DNA of 64,000 nucleotides from Octopus sinensis (taxonomy: Eukaryota). The notes beneath the pieces are model-generated. The model was not told the origin of the DNA. It made no database searches and saw only the letters and a program-made list of their open reading frames with translations. Made by a program: the position numbers and the translations under genes. Shown one piece after another: positions 25,836-38,575 of this stretch (its first letter is position 1; every line of letters starts with the position of its first letter). Location of the stretch: assembly GCF_006345805.1 (NCBI RefSeq), contig NC_043001.1, positions 62,000,001-62,064,000 of the forward strand. Direction: 5' to 3'.

Positions 25836-27404
25836 ATGGCTAATGTTATCGATATCAAGGTGAATGATTTTGTTAAGATTGATGGTAAAGATGGGGGAAG
25901 AGTATTATCCATTGTTCAACCTCTTGGAACATACAGAATGTTCAATGTGAAGATAAATACTGGCCAAGTTCGACATGTTGCTGGATACAGGTTAACAAAG
26001 GTACCTGAAACAGTGTCATCGACCAGTGGATTGTCATCGAACCCTGCATTTAACATCCCTGATGAGGTGTACAATGATCTTCTTCATGACGATTTCTTTG
26101 ATGATAGCCATAATGATCTTGAATTTCAACCGAGGTATGATCATTCTGGAATAGATAAATTCGTTCAAGGTAATCAAAATAAAAACACTCTTCGAAAAAC
26201 AAACTATGATGTTAAACGATTGTTTGCTTTCATGGCGACAAATGGCGACATGCGTCCAATTGAATCTATCGACAAAAGTGAACTTTGTGACATTCTCTGT
26301 ACTTTCTTTATTTCGTTACGAAAGCCGGACGGTAGCAACTATGAACCTTCATCTTTGATGGGAATGTTATCCAGTATTGAAAGATATCTGAAGTCAAAAC
26401 ACTACTCGACGTCACTATTCTCGGACGGGACATTCGTGAAACTACATGACATACTAAAAACGAAGCAAAAGCTGTTGAAAAGTGAAGGAATGGGAAACCT
26501 ACCTCGATGCACGGAATCTCTCTCCGACGATGATATCAACAAGCTATGGGAATGTGACCAGCTCGGTCCGAACACACCTGAATCCATCCTCAACACACTA
26601 TGGTGGAACAACACCGTTCACTTTGGTATCTGGAGTGTCAAACCTCACAACGACATGCGATGGGGCGATGTTTCTTTGCATGTTGACAATGAAGGCAAGG
26701 AATTCCTTCAGTTTAGGGAGCGACAGTCCAAAACTTGTCAAGATGATAATCTTGACCATGCACGTAACATCTACCCAAAAGCATGGGCGACGAATGATGA
26801 GCGTTGTCCAGTTAACCTGTACAAGCGTTTTGCTGATCTGAGACCATCAGATTATTCATCGCCGGATTCACCATTTTATTTGGCCACCAACTGCAAAGAT
26901 GCCTCCCATTCTCATCCCTGGTTTAAACGTCAACCGGTCGGTGTCAACAAACTAGGTACAATTATGAAAAGGATGGCTAAATCAGGTGGTTTGGACAATC
27001 AAAGATTCACGAACCATTCAGCACACAAATACCTTGTACAGAAGCTCGCTGACCAGAACATTCCTCCAACTGAAATCATGCAGATATCTGGACATCGTAA
27101 TGTGCAAAGCATCAATAGTTACAGCAATATTTCCATGGATCGTCTTCATGCCATCAGTAACATCCTTAGTAGCAACAACGACCAGCCTGGTTCGCTTGTA
27201 CCTCCGTCACACACAGCAGCAGCGAGTGCAAGTGAACTCCCCTCCACCGTCAACGTTACGTCGAGTCAATCTCAGAACGCTGTCACTTGCTTTGGTTCAT
27301 TGCACTCCATTTTCTCGGCTCCAATATATGGGGGAACAATCAATGTGAACTTCTTTGGTTCAGATGCAAAGCAACCTCGTCTCACAGATAATGAGGACTG
27401 TTAA
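25836..27404 (+). CDS. Crypton/DUF3504-type tyrosine recombinase (ZMYM/QRICH1/KCTD1-related), 522 aa, probably catalytically dead
   Basis: Intronless ORF, ATG in aagATGg; motifs NKNTLRKT, FFISLRKPDGSNYEPSSL, LGPNTPESILNTLWW..FGI(W)S, ERQSKT, RCPVNLY, PFYL, WFKRQPVGVNKL, TNHSA(H)K, ISGHRNVQSINSY. Confidence 0.85.
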   Translation: MANVIDIKVNDFVKIDGKDGGRVLSIVQPLGTYRMFNVKINTGQVRHVAGYRLTKVPETVSSTSGLSSNPAFNIPDEVYNDLLHDDFFDDSHNDLEFQPRYDHSGIDKFVQGNQNKNTLRKTNYDVKRLFAFMATNGDMRPIESIDKSELCDILCTFFISLRKPDGSNYEPSSLMGMLSSIERYLKSKHYSTSLFSDGTFVKLHDILKTKQKLLKSEGMGNLPRCTESLSDDDINKLWECDQLGPNTPESILNTLWWNNTVHFGIWSVKPHNDMRWGDVSLHVDNEGKEFLQFRERQSKTCQDDNLDHARNIYPKAWATNDERCPVNLYKRFADLRPSDYSSPDSPFYLATNCKDASHSHPWFKRQPVGVNKLGTIMKRMAKSGGLDNQRFTNHSAHKYLVQKLADQNIPPTEIMQISGHRNVQSINSYSNISMDRLHAISNILSSNNDQPGSLVPPSHTAAASASELPSTVNVTSSQSQNAVTCFGSLHSIFSAPIYGGTINVNFFGSDAKQPRLTDNEDC

Positions 27405-28159
27405 GTTTTCCTGGACTATTGCTGACTGACATTGCTACTCGAAAATATGTTTGAGTATTATTAAAGTTATTGAAGATTCAATCTGTGTTATGTATTTCTT
27501 GAACGTGAACTTGAATGTTAACAAAATGTTAAATAGTCATCAGTTATCAGTCATTTCACCTGAAAACTTAGCGCTATAAAGTCGGACTATCTTCCTGCGG
27601 CATGACATCTTTTACAGTTACACATTGTGACGTCACTGACGTGAAATCAAGCTGTATTCATGCGCGCTTCAACATGATGTGAAGGATTTAATTATTAAAT
27701 TAATAAAATATGGTCGTTTATTCGTGTGTAATAAATAAAATACCAAACTCATTCCCTATGGATACCATATTTATTACAACTCGTGGCTTGTAATAAATAC
27801 GGTATCCATAGGGAACTCGTTTAGTATTCTCTATATACTAACTTCTGTTTCTTTTGCTTGTTCTACCAAACCTATGTACATGTAACAGTTGCATGCATTC
27901 GAGGTATGCAATACATGCACTGCATGACCACTAATTTTGACATAAATCAAAAATAAATTCAAAATTTTCAAGTAACAGATCACCTCATAAATAATGTCCA
28001 AAATATCATATATGTAATTTCTATCACATTTTACAGTATTCTAAAATATCAAATGGTATTGATTGATACTGAAATGGATTTGGAACCCTTTAAACTTAAT
28101 ATAATTTCTTTTCATTATTAATTAATCTGACTGAATAAATTACTACTAATATTAACCCC

Positions 28160-29152
28160 TCAATGTTGGACGTATTGAAGGAGCATTTAAGGCACATAAT
28201 GCTTTATGAGTTCAAAAAGGGAAACAGTGCAGCAGAAACAACCCAAAACATTCATTCTGTTTATGGGGAAGAGTGCTTAAATGAAAGAAGTTGCAGAAGA
28301 TGGTTTACAAAGTTCAAAAGTAGTGATTTCAGCCTAAGAGAGAGGCCATAAATAGGATGCCCTGTTGGATTTGATGATGAGCTTCTTTTGTCAGAGCTTT
28401 AGAAGAATAATGCTGTGTCAGTTGAAGAATTGGCAAGCAAGCTCAAATCAAGCCTTCAACTGTTCACCACCATCTTCACCAGCTTGCCCAAACTCAGAAA
28501 ATGGATTCCACATTATTTGACAGAAACCAACTGAAAATCACAAGTGAACATCTGCACACCTCTTCACTCTCATGAATGCATCTCACCATTTTTGGACAGG
28601 TTAGTGACTGGATTTTTTAATGAAAATATTAAGTGATGTTGGCAATGACTTAGTTGTGGAGAATAGTCTAAATCTCAATCCAAAAAGGATCCCCATGCAA
28701 AAAAGATTCTTCTTTCTGTTTGGTAGGATTGCATTGGAGTCATCCACTTTGAGCTGCTACCAACTAATGCAACAATTATTGCTCACACCTATTGCCAAAA
28801 ATTAGAGTGTTTAGATTGCTCCTTTGAAAGAAAAAAGGCCTGTTTTGGTGAATCGTAAGGGAATGGCGTTTCATCATGATAATGTAAGGCCTCACAGGGC
28901 AAAGATTACATCAGACAAAATCAAAGAATTTGGCTGGGAAAAAATTCCTTACCTGTCTTATTTCTTGAACCTCACTCCTTCCATTTGTTTCGAAGTTTAC
29001 TGCATCATTTCGATGGATTAGTACTCAAAAGTCCCAAAGAGGTCAAAAATGACCTCTCTTCTTTCTCATCAAAACCAAAATAGTTTTTCACCAATGGAAT
29101 TAAAAATCTGATGAGTAGATGGAAGGAAGTCATTGATAATGATGGGAATTAT
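28160..29152 (+). pseudogene. mariner (Mos1/Hsmar-like) transposase pseudogene
   Basis: HTH EHLRHIMLYEFKKGNSAAETTQNI..RRWF, WIPHYL (WVPHEL), FHHDNVRPH, degenerate YSPDLAPS, C-terminal DGNY; many stops. Confidence 0.85.
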
Positions 29153-29164
29153 ATATATATATAT

Positions 29165-30340
29165 CAACATCATCATCATCATCATCATTTAACCTCTGTT
29201 GTCCATGCTGACATGAGTTGGACAGTTTAACCAGGGCTGGTAAGCTAGAAGGCTGCACCAGACTCCAATCTGATTTGGCATGGTTTGCTTTGGCTGGATG
29301 CCCTTCCTAATGCCAACCACTCCAAGAGTTTAATGGGTGCTTTTACATGCCACCAACATGGATGCCATTTGCATGACACCGGTATCTGCTACAACTACGA
29401 TTTTACTTGACTTGATGGGTCTTCTTCTCAAGCACAGCATAATGCCAAAGGTCTCAGTCATTCCTTCCATGAGGCGCAACACTTAGTCACTTTACCTCCA
29501 TGAGGTCCAATGCTCATAAAGAACTCAGCCACTTTGCCTCTGTGAGGCCCAATGCTCAAACAGTGCACTTTACGTGCCACCAGCATGGGTGCCAATTACT
29601 TGATTTACAGAAAAGGACTAGGTATAAATTCCATACTGTACTCAATGTAAACTATGAACATACAAAAGATGTTGTGGACTCACCAGCAGACTATCTGAAA
29701 AAGTAAGCTTCATATGTGGTAGATGCACTAGAGCAGTTCATACAAGCACATGGGAAATTGAGTCTCTTAAATGCTCAGATAGCTCACTACAAGTAGTCAA
29801 TAGGTTATGTTACCTAGGAGATATAATTAACAAGGGAGGTGATTGCTCTGAAAGTATAGTAGCTTGAGCAAGAACTGGTTGGAGAAAATTCAAGGAGCTG
29901 CTACCACTGCTTATAACAATGATCTTTTCCATAAGAGTGAAGGGCAGACGGTGTGATGCTTATTTTTAGAACTACAAAGCTAAATATTAGTGAGACATTG
30001 GCCTTGAATGCAGAGAATCTGAGAAGACTGGAAAGAAATGAAACAAGCATGCTCTTGCAGGATGTGCAACATGAGTGTACATGAAAGAATTAGTTCAAAA
30101 GTTCTGAATAAAAAACTGAATATTAGAGGAATCACTTGTTGTGAGCAAGAAAGAAGACTGCACTGGTATGGATACATAATGCATATGGATGAGGGCAGCT
30201 GTATTAAATAGTGCAAATTGCTAATGGTGTCTGGGACTTGCAGAAGAGGGAGACTCAGGAAGTCATGGGATGAAGTGGTTAAGACTGACCTCGGGACCCT
30301 GAGCTTCACAAAGGACTGGGATCTCTGGTAATGAGGTTCT
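29165..30340. mobile_element. RTE remnants: 3' UTR (-) ~29165-29590 and RT C-terminal fragment (+) ~29790-30340
   Basis: (CAT)n-TTAAC..CCATGCTG..GGATGCCCTTCCTAATGCCAACCAC tail; CTGCACTGGTATGGA (LHWYG) and TGGGATGAAGTGGTTAAG (WDEVVK). Confidence 0.65.
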
Positions 30341-33004
30341 TAAAAAGATGCACCCTCATCAGCAAAACTGAATTCTGGAAGTGCTTTGCATTTTACCTTT
30401 TACCCACATTATAGTGACTCTTCTTCCCTCCAATAATTAGACATGCTTCTTCTCCCTACCCCTGACTCCTGCAGACTGCCAACTCTGTCATCTCTCTCTT
30501 GTGTCTTCCCCCACCAACGACTATATCATCTTTACTACTCCTGCTGCTACCCATTCTGACAGTATGCCTCCCATCCTCGTCCACCATCTCCTCATTTTCC
30601 TTCCCATACAGTCTTGCAAACACATTCTTCAACTCACCTTATGCCTTTGGGGTCATCTAGGCACCTCATCACCACTATCTCTTGCAACTCCTACTGTTCA
30701 TTTTCTCTTACTCTTTCCTTCCCTTACTAGATGTGAGTAACCATACAGATCCTCTACAAGAACATGCAATACACCCCTTCACACACACCCACTGTCTTCT
30801 CGTGGTTCAATCCCATATCCACTAGCATGAATTTGACCTCCACTTCTCACCCCATAAAGCTTCCATGAGCTGCATGGTAACTTCAGTGGTGCAGGTGGCA
30901 TGAAAAAAAAGCACACAGTCCACTTTCTAAAGTGGTTGGCATTAGGAAGGGCATCTAGCCATTAAAACCAAGCCAAAACAAACGTTGGAGCATGATGTCA
31001 AGCCATCTGATGATCATGATGATGATATATATACTGAGAGATGTGATGTATAGGTGTGTGTGTGAATGTGTGTATATAGACACACATACACACAAATATA
31101 CACACATACAGAGACATACGAATACACACACACACACACACACACACCTAGACACAGGCACATATGCATATACATAGAATTTACATCTAGTATATTTCAC
31201 TCAAGAGTGATCGACAGAAAGGTAACATGTTATGAGATTGGACTTGAAACAACATTGCTACAATGCAAACTTTTAAATTACACACCCATGCACATGCATC
31301 AATAAAGGATTGCTTTTTTTAATATGATGCCATTGTGTGTGTGTGTGTGTGTGCACTGCAAAAAATGTTGTTATGATTTACACAGATCAAGGACATTTCA
31401 GCTGACAATCTCTGCCATTAATATACCTATGACGACATTAATGTGATTTGGCTGACATGAAAATTTCTAGCATTTAAGTAATCATGTAGAGGTTCTCTTC
31501 TTGCCTCACTTACACCAGCTGTATCCAAGACACATGCTCAGTATTTTAATGAGTGTCAGTCTTACTGGTGTATTTGTAGAGGGTCAGCAACTCATCAGAA
31601 CCAAAGTATTTTCTGATCCTGAAAATAATATCTAATTTGGGGGATACAGTTTTAACAATAGCAAAACTCCAATTGCTACCTATTACTAAACATGTATTTG
31701 TATTTCTGTAAATTGATATTCTACAAACAATACTTTACATCTTACAAAATGCATTTGGCTGCTATCCTGTGATAGGGTTATTTAATTTTCTTTTTGCCTT
31801 TTAGCAAAAAGAAAATGAAATGCTTTCCACTGTGTTGGAATTTCTGTGCATTCTATTTCATTTCTTGTTCTCTATTTCTAGAGATTTTTCTTTTCTTGTT
31901 CTGTTTTTATTTCCTAGTAAAGTGGTTTCCAGATAACTCCATCTCAAAATTTCTTCTTATATTACTTCATTTGACAATCAATCATTTGCAACAATGACAT
32001 GACCTTTCACTCTTTTGTAATCTATCACATCACAATCTTGCATTCTGTAAGCAATTCCCCAGAATAGCAGCATCAATCAATACTGATCTCAGGTACATTA
32101 AACACTGGAGATCACACTGCAAATGAGATATTGAACTTGGAAACAAGAAGACTAAGCAATGTCTTGGCTTTGTTTAAACTCTTATAATGCTCTTCAATTA
32201 AAATATTAGAATTAATAATGTTGTAACATTTTCCCTGATAATTTCATAAAATGAGAAGTGCAGGATTTTAAAAAAATCATAAACAATTCCAAGATTCACC
32301 ACTTTGAGGAGTTGATGTAAATCCAGACTACAGAACACTTCCTTGTATTTTTTAAGTTTTTGTTACCATTATCTTCCTTTTGTGTTTCTCATCACTTTAG
32401 TCATCATTCTATTTTGTGTGTTTTATTTCTTTGTTTTCTTCTGAGTGTTTCTCTTTCTATGTTCACCTTGTGTTTTTCTCTGAGTTTCTTCCTCCTCTAC
32501 TTCCTTCTTCTTCTCTCCTCTGAGTTTCTTCCCCTTCCTCTTCTGTCATTCTTCTTTTCTCCCCCCCCCCCATCATCACCATCACTACCATCATCATCAT
32601 CATCATCATTTACATTCCCTTGTTTCTTGTTTTATTTCATCATCATATTTTCAGAAGAAAATGAAATACATGTAGGTCTGATGTAAAAAGTTTTACAAAG
32701 TTTGTGTAAATTAAATTTATTCCGAAATTACTGTCTAGTTTAAATGATCGTTAGTTGTAAATAGTTCCTGCCAATCTAAATTTATAGTTAAGAGCTTTCA
32801 CAGGTCACAATTTGTTACTAATAAAAAGGACTTTTAATTAGATTTGAAGGAAGTGAACAATACAACAGCAATTGACAATCTGGTTCAAACATGCCATAAC
32901 ATAAAGTATGAATATGTACATCATAGTTTTGATTCATACTGTTTTACATGCACATGATAATTTATTATTGATTATGTATCAACAAATAATTTGCTTACTG
33001 AATA

Positions 33005-34700
33005 AATGAAGGGACCCTGTTAGTATCATCTGATGTGGTGAATTTGTACACCAATATCCCACACGATTATGGTATAGAAGCTAGAAAAATACCCAGAAGA
33101 GATCCCAGGATGCATCAACCACAGATTCATAATCGCAGCATTCAAATTCATCCTTTCATCAAATTCATCAGTTTACTATCGACATAAATGTGGAATTGCA
33201 ATGGGAACCCGAGCTGCTCCAGTGATTGTGAACTTTGTAATGTGTTACCTAGAGCTTAAAATATATCAATCATCACTACAAAAATATGGCACCTCATTTC
33301 ATTGCTATTTAAAGAAGAACTGGAAGAGGTATTTGGACGATTGCTTTATACTTTGGAAAGACATCATGGACAAACTCCCTGATTTCAAATGCTTAACAAT
33401 ATCAATAGCAACATATAATTCACCATGGAACACAGCAGTAAACAACTCCCTTTTCTTGACATCCTAATTAAAATTGTCAATAACCACATCGAAACAGACA
33501 TCTTCTATACATCCACAGATTCTAAACAATACCTATTATTCAACTCATGCCACCTCAAACACATAAAAATTAATATGCCTTATAATCTAGTGAAAAGAAT
33601 CTGTACCATAGTTTTGGGCACCTATACTTGTGAATGAAGACTCCTTGAACTCAGATCAATACTAATCAAAAGACATTACCCTATATCATTAATAAATGAT
33701 GGCATTAAACAAGCTGAGGAAATAGATATACGAACATTTAGGGAAGTCAAATGAAATACTAAGCCAGACTTAAAAATACTCCCATTCATCTCCACACATA
33801 ACCCTAGAAACAACGAAGCCTTCCACATTATCATCCAAAATCTAGCCATCCTCACAGGAGATAAAACAATGAACAAAATTTTAAGCTCACACAAAATTAT
33901 TAAAAGCAAAATTCAACCTAAATCATAGAAAAACTTATTAACCAGTGCGAGACTATATCCATTAACAACAGAACCAAACGTGAAAAAATGTGATCGACCT
34001 AACTTTGGTACATGCCCCCACCTTTTGGAGGGTTCAGAGTTCCACTTTAAACAAGGTGAAATATTTAAGATTAAATTAAATTTCATTTGTGCCTTGGAAA
34101 ATCTAATCTATGCCATTACATGCTTAGGGTGTGGTAATAATTATATTGGCCAAACAGGAATATCACTCCTTCAAAGAACCACTCTTCACAAACAACAAAT
34201 CTGCCACCCACAATACAGACAGATACAGGTCAGTGAACACATAGAAAGGTGTGCTAGGAATCTTAATCCTAATTTTCCCCTTCTATCAATGTTCACAGAA
34301 CACCCCAGTACAACAAAAAATGAATAAAGAGGCAACTTTCATCAATAAATATCTTCCACTACTCAATATCAACACATAACATAATACAGAACACTACTAA
34401 CCTGTTAATTAATACCACTAACCCCCCTACATCCCATACACCATTCACATTACAGATCTATATCTACCCTAAATGCACTAAATCCAGAACTACTTACCTC
34501 CCTTACACATAATCTTTTTACTCAGGGACTAGTAGACCTAACACTGTTCAGTAATCAGTGTGCATTCAAAGCAATGATTAGTAATTTTACGAAACTGGTA
34601 TGCTTTTGAATCTCTTTAACAATTCACAATAATTACTTTTGTTACTTTTATTCCTACCTTAGCTCATCTAATTGTATATATCTATCATTACTTTTCATAA
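33005..34700 (+). mobile_element. Penelope-like element (RT + GIY-YIG + 3' pLTR), degenerate
   Basis: DVVNLYTNIPH, GIAMGT, RYLDD, LPFLD, C..C linker, NLIYAITCLGCGNNYIGQTG..HKQQI; hammerhead remnant in the 3' repeat. Confidence 0.9.
34565..34610 (+). ncRNA. Degenerate minimal hammerhead ribozyme in PLE pLTR
   Basis: TTCAAAGCA-ATGATTA(from CTGATGA)-GTAA.tt.TTAC-GAAACTG-GTA-TGCTTTTGAA; stems I and II pair, two core substitutions. Confidence 0.65.
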
Positions 34701-34838
34701 AAAGCCTTTACTTTCTTGATTTCCAATGTGCATTTTCGCTTATTTTTCTTCTTACTTTCCCCTTACATTTCCACGTGTAGTTTCTATTTTCTTTTTGTAA
34801 CATATCTCTATTATACGTATATATATATATATATATAT

Positions 34839-34938
<100 letters not shown>

Positions 34939-34939
34939 T

Positions 34940-35587
34940 CCTAACTGACCGATTGCCGGCATTTTCGTGATTAGCACTCATCGTGGCAAGACACATTTTT
35001 TTTCTCTCTCTGCCCCAAGGCATTTTTCTTTCACGCCAGCTCAAAGTTTACTCATCCTGTCAAAAAGACGCCTGTCTGTGACGTCCTGTTTTTGTTATTA
35101 TTATTATCATTATTGTTTTTACGTATTTTTGTATTCTTATTCGTGTTATCATTATTGTTTTTACGTATTTTTGTATTCTTATTCGTGTAACATCGTCCAT
35201 TTTTCTGTCCTTGTTTTGTATACATTCGAGGCTTTCTTCCAAGGAATCTAATGCGCTTGGCTTAGATTTTCCTTTGGGGCTGGCCAGGTCGGAGCAATCT
35301 CAAGATTAATCAGCCAAAATTGCGAGGATGATCCGGTTCTTGACTTAAGATTGAAGGCTTCGAATGTCCCGTCCGTGGTTTTTGTATCATCTTCTAAACG
35401 TTTTGCGTTCTTGTCCCAGTTTGTATTTTTTTACATATACATATATATATAGCGGCACCCGTACCCTTTTGGTCTTATATGTAAGTACATATTTCTTTAA
35501 ACTTGGTACGACTCTATAACACTGTCTCTTTCCCCCCTCTCCTACATTTCTCTGCCTTTCACACTTTGCACTCCACTTTGATCTGTC

Positions 35588-35628
<41 letters not shown>

Positions 35629-36157
35629 TCTCCTCCTCCTTTGTTCCTTTTTCCCCTTTTTTCGCTCTTCATCTGTCCCTCATTTCCTCTCTCTTCTCAC
35701 ACGTGACTAACTGATCGATTGCCAGCCTTTTTGTGGTTAGCAGTCGTCGCAGCAAGACACATTTTTTTCTCTCTCTGCCCCAAGGCATTTTTCTAACACG
35801 CCAACTCAAAGTTTACTTGTCCTGTCGAAAAGACGCCTGTCTGTGACGTCCTGTTTTTGTTATTATTATTATCATTATTGTTTTTACGTATTTTTGTATT
35901 CTTATTCGTGTAACATCGTCCGTTTTTCCGTCCTTGTTTTGTATACATTCGAGGCTTTCTTCCAAGGAATCTAATGCGCTTGGCTTAGATTTTCCTTTGG
36001 GGCTGGCCAGGTCGGAGCAATCTCAAGATTAATCAGCTGAAATTGCGAGGATGATCCAGTTCTTGACTGAAGATTGAAGGCTTCAAATGTCCCGTCCATG
36101 GTTTTTGTATCGTCTTCTAAATGTTTTGCATTCTTGTCCCAGTTTGTATTTTTTTAC
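34940..36157 (+). repeat. Direct repeat of ~450-490 bp (34940-35435; 35705-36157), non-coding, between microsatellites
   Basis: High-identity copies; the first has an internal ~43-bp duplication; hairpin CCAAGGAATCTAA..TTAGATTTTCCTTTGG. Confidence 0.85.
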
Positions 36158-36161
36158 ATAT

Positions 36162-36210
<49 letters not shown>

Positions 36211-36299
36211 ATGCATACATATATATATATATGCATACATGTATGTATATATATGAAAGAAGGTTTGAAAATGCAAAGGTCTTTTAGAGATGTTTATTG

Positions 36300-36340
36300 A
36301 CTTGACCAGTTTCACATTTTAGAAAAAGATTATCAAAAGT
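36300..36340 (-). ncRNA. Degenerate hammerhead motif
   Basis: Minus: ACTT-TTGATAA(CTGATGA-like)-..-GAAACTG-GTC-AAGT. Confidence 0.45.
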
Positions 36341-36384
36341 AAAATGTAAAGCTTTGTGCAAGCTTTGTTGTGTTAAAAACTAGA

Positions 36385-37280
36385 ACTGGGTACATCTTAT
36401 AGAGTTTCTACCTATGTCTTTTCTGCAGATCGAGCCGGGCCAACTACCTGAAGGGATTTGTGATTTGCCTGCCTTCCTACTTATTAGGACTTTAGTTTTA
36501 GCTTGATTGACTCTAAGTCCCTTCGATTCTAATCCTTGTTTCCACACTTGAAACTTCTCCTCTAGTTCTGATAGTGACTCAGCAATAAGAGCAAGGTCAT
36601 CAGCATTTAGGAGCTCCCAGGGGCACCCTGTCTTGAATTCCTCTGTTATTGCATGGAGGACTATGATAAATAGGAGGAGGCTGATGACTGTATTTTGGTG
36701 GACCTCTACCTGGAATTCTTTTTTCTATTTGTTGCCAACCCTCACCTTACTGACATCATCCCTGTACATGGCTTGCACAGCTCTCATTAACCATTCATCT
36801 ATCCCTAGTTTCCTCATTGGCCACCAGATAAGGGATCGGGGGACCCTGTCAAAAGTTTTCTCCATGTCAACAAAAGCCAGGTACAGGGGTTTATCTTTGG
36901 CTAGGTATTTCTCCTGCAGCTGTCTTACCAGAAATATAGCATCAGTGGTACTTTTCCCTGGCACAAACCCAAACTGCATCATGTCTTGACTGACCCTCTC
37001 CGTAATTAGTTGGGCTACAACCCTCTCTATGACTTTCATTACTTGATCCAACAGCTTGATACCTCTGTAATTATTTGTATCTAATACATCACCTTTACCT
37101 TTATTGCAGTTGACTATGGTGCTGCTACACCAGTCATTGGGTGTGACTCCTTCATGTATCACCTGGTTTACTATACAGGTGACTAGGCTATAACCAACAC
37201 TGCCAGATACTTTGAGTATCTCTGCAGTGTTTCCTGATGGGCTGGGGGCTTTCCCTGTCTTCGTACCCTTAATTGCTTTG
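36385..37280 (-). pseudogene. RTE LINE RT fragment
   Basis: ORF 36725-37162: NDWCSSTIVNC..QFGFVPGKSTTDAIFLVRQLQEKY..FVDMEKTFDRVPR; start of the Cys finger near 36400-36440. Confidence 0.9.
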
Positions 37281-37424
37281 CATGTGTGTGTTCGTGTGAT
37301 GTGTCTACATATTATATATGGTCTTCTTTTATTTTCAGATTTTGATTACTCAAATAAAACATACTTCTGAATAGCAGAGATTTCCTTAAGCAAACCTTCA
37401 TCTCTACTTTTGCTTACCACCATC

Positions 37425-37569
37425 ATGACATCAGTCAAAGTTGCCAGACATGATAACATTGGTTTCTTTGAAAGCTTGGATGATAAATCTCACTTAAGTA
37501 AGAACAATCTCCCAGAATATAGTATTGGAACTACATTCCAGAATAGAGATAACCACTCTAATCCATCAG
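37425..37569 (+). CDS. Putative first coding exon of BEN-domain gene
   Basis: Acceptor ttcttttattttcAG at 37337-38, ATG 37425 (accaccatcATG), MTSVKVARHDNIGFF..NPS, donor G|GTAGGT in phase 1 matching the phase-1 acceptor at 51422. Confidence 0.55.
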
Positions 37570-38477
37570 GTAGGTCCAAGAGAAAATCATTAAAAAAATC
37601 CTGTTATTCATAATAAAAAAATGTTTTTTAATATTTTCATTTATTTTTTACCTCCCACTGTCCACCTACATTTCCCACACACCGCACACACATATACACC
37701 AACACTACCACCAATAGCTTTTGTTTGGCTGATTACTTAAGCCAGAGATTTCCCTATCATTTTATAAAAAATTTCTAAACAAATAAAAAACATTATTTGC
37801 TGTACTGCCAGCTGTGTGTCCCTACATAATCATAAAAGTTACGGTCTCTCGGATACTATGAAGTAATATGATCTCAGTTATTCTACAAAAAATATATTAA
37901 CTTCCTAGTATATATATATATATATGTATATATTTCAGAGAATTTGTTTTGGGGATTTGATAATGCACCTGAATTTGAAAAATGTGTAGTTGTTTTTAAA
38001 TAGATTTATTTACATAGATACCAAACTAATTTCAACAGTTTTTAGAGTTTAAAATTACAAAGTAGAAATCAAACAAATATGTTTAAACGAACAAATGTTC
38101 ACATAAAATTCAATGGGTTTCACAGGGATAGATAATATCAAAATAAATGTTCGACAAAGTATATAACAAATGTTCAGTCATATTGAGTTTTTATAGAATA
38201 TGTGGACAAGAGAGAAAAAAGAAAAGAGGAAGAGAGTAAAAAAAAAAGTTTTTTTACAGTTTTTGTCATCGTGCATATAGTTCTTTTCTCCATCACGTAC
38301 TACATTCTTTGCTTTTAATATAGTTTTTTGTTAATCAGAGAATATCTTGTGTATATATATGTATATGTTTTTATACAAAAGGACCTAATTTTTGATTCAT
38401 TATAATTTTGATGTCTTATTCTTTATGGTGGATGTTTTCAGTCAAAAAATTGATTTTGTTTTGGCATTAGTGTTTTG

Positions 38478-38575
38478 GTTGGTTGGTTGGTTGGTTGGTT
38501 GGTTGGCTGGTTGGTTGGTTTCTTAGTTGGTTGGCTGGTTGGTTGGTTGGTTGGTTAGTTGTTTGACTAGCTGGT
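38478..38575. repeat. (GGTT)n microsatellite
   Basis: Direct; many other (TA)n, (CA)n, (CATA)n, (GATA)n and (AAT)n tracts occur through the window. Confidence 0.95.

Larger units (their letters stand above)
25434..27839 (+). mobile_element. Crypton-like (DUF3504/tyrosine recombinase) DNA transposon, apparently complete
   Basis: 8-bp terminal direct repeats TATATACT (25434-25441, 27832-27839); subterminal IR ATTTATTACACAC (25443) / GTGTGTAATAAAT (27724); 28-bp-arm hairpin 27752-27815; CpG-rich relative to flanks; single YR ORF. Confidence 0.8.
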
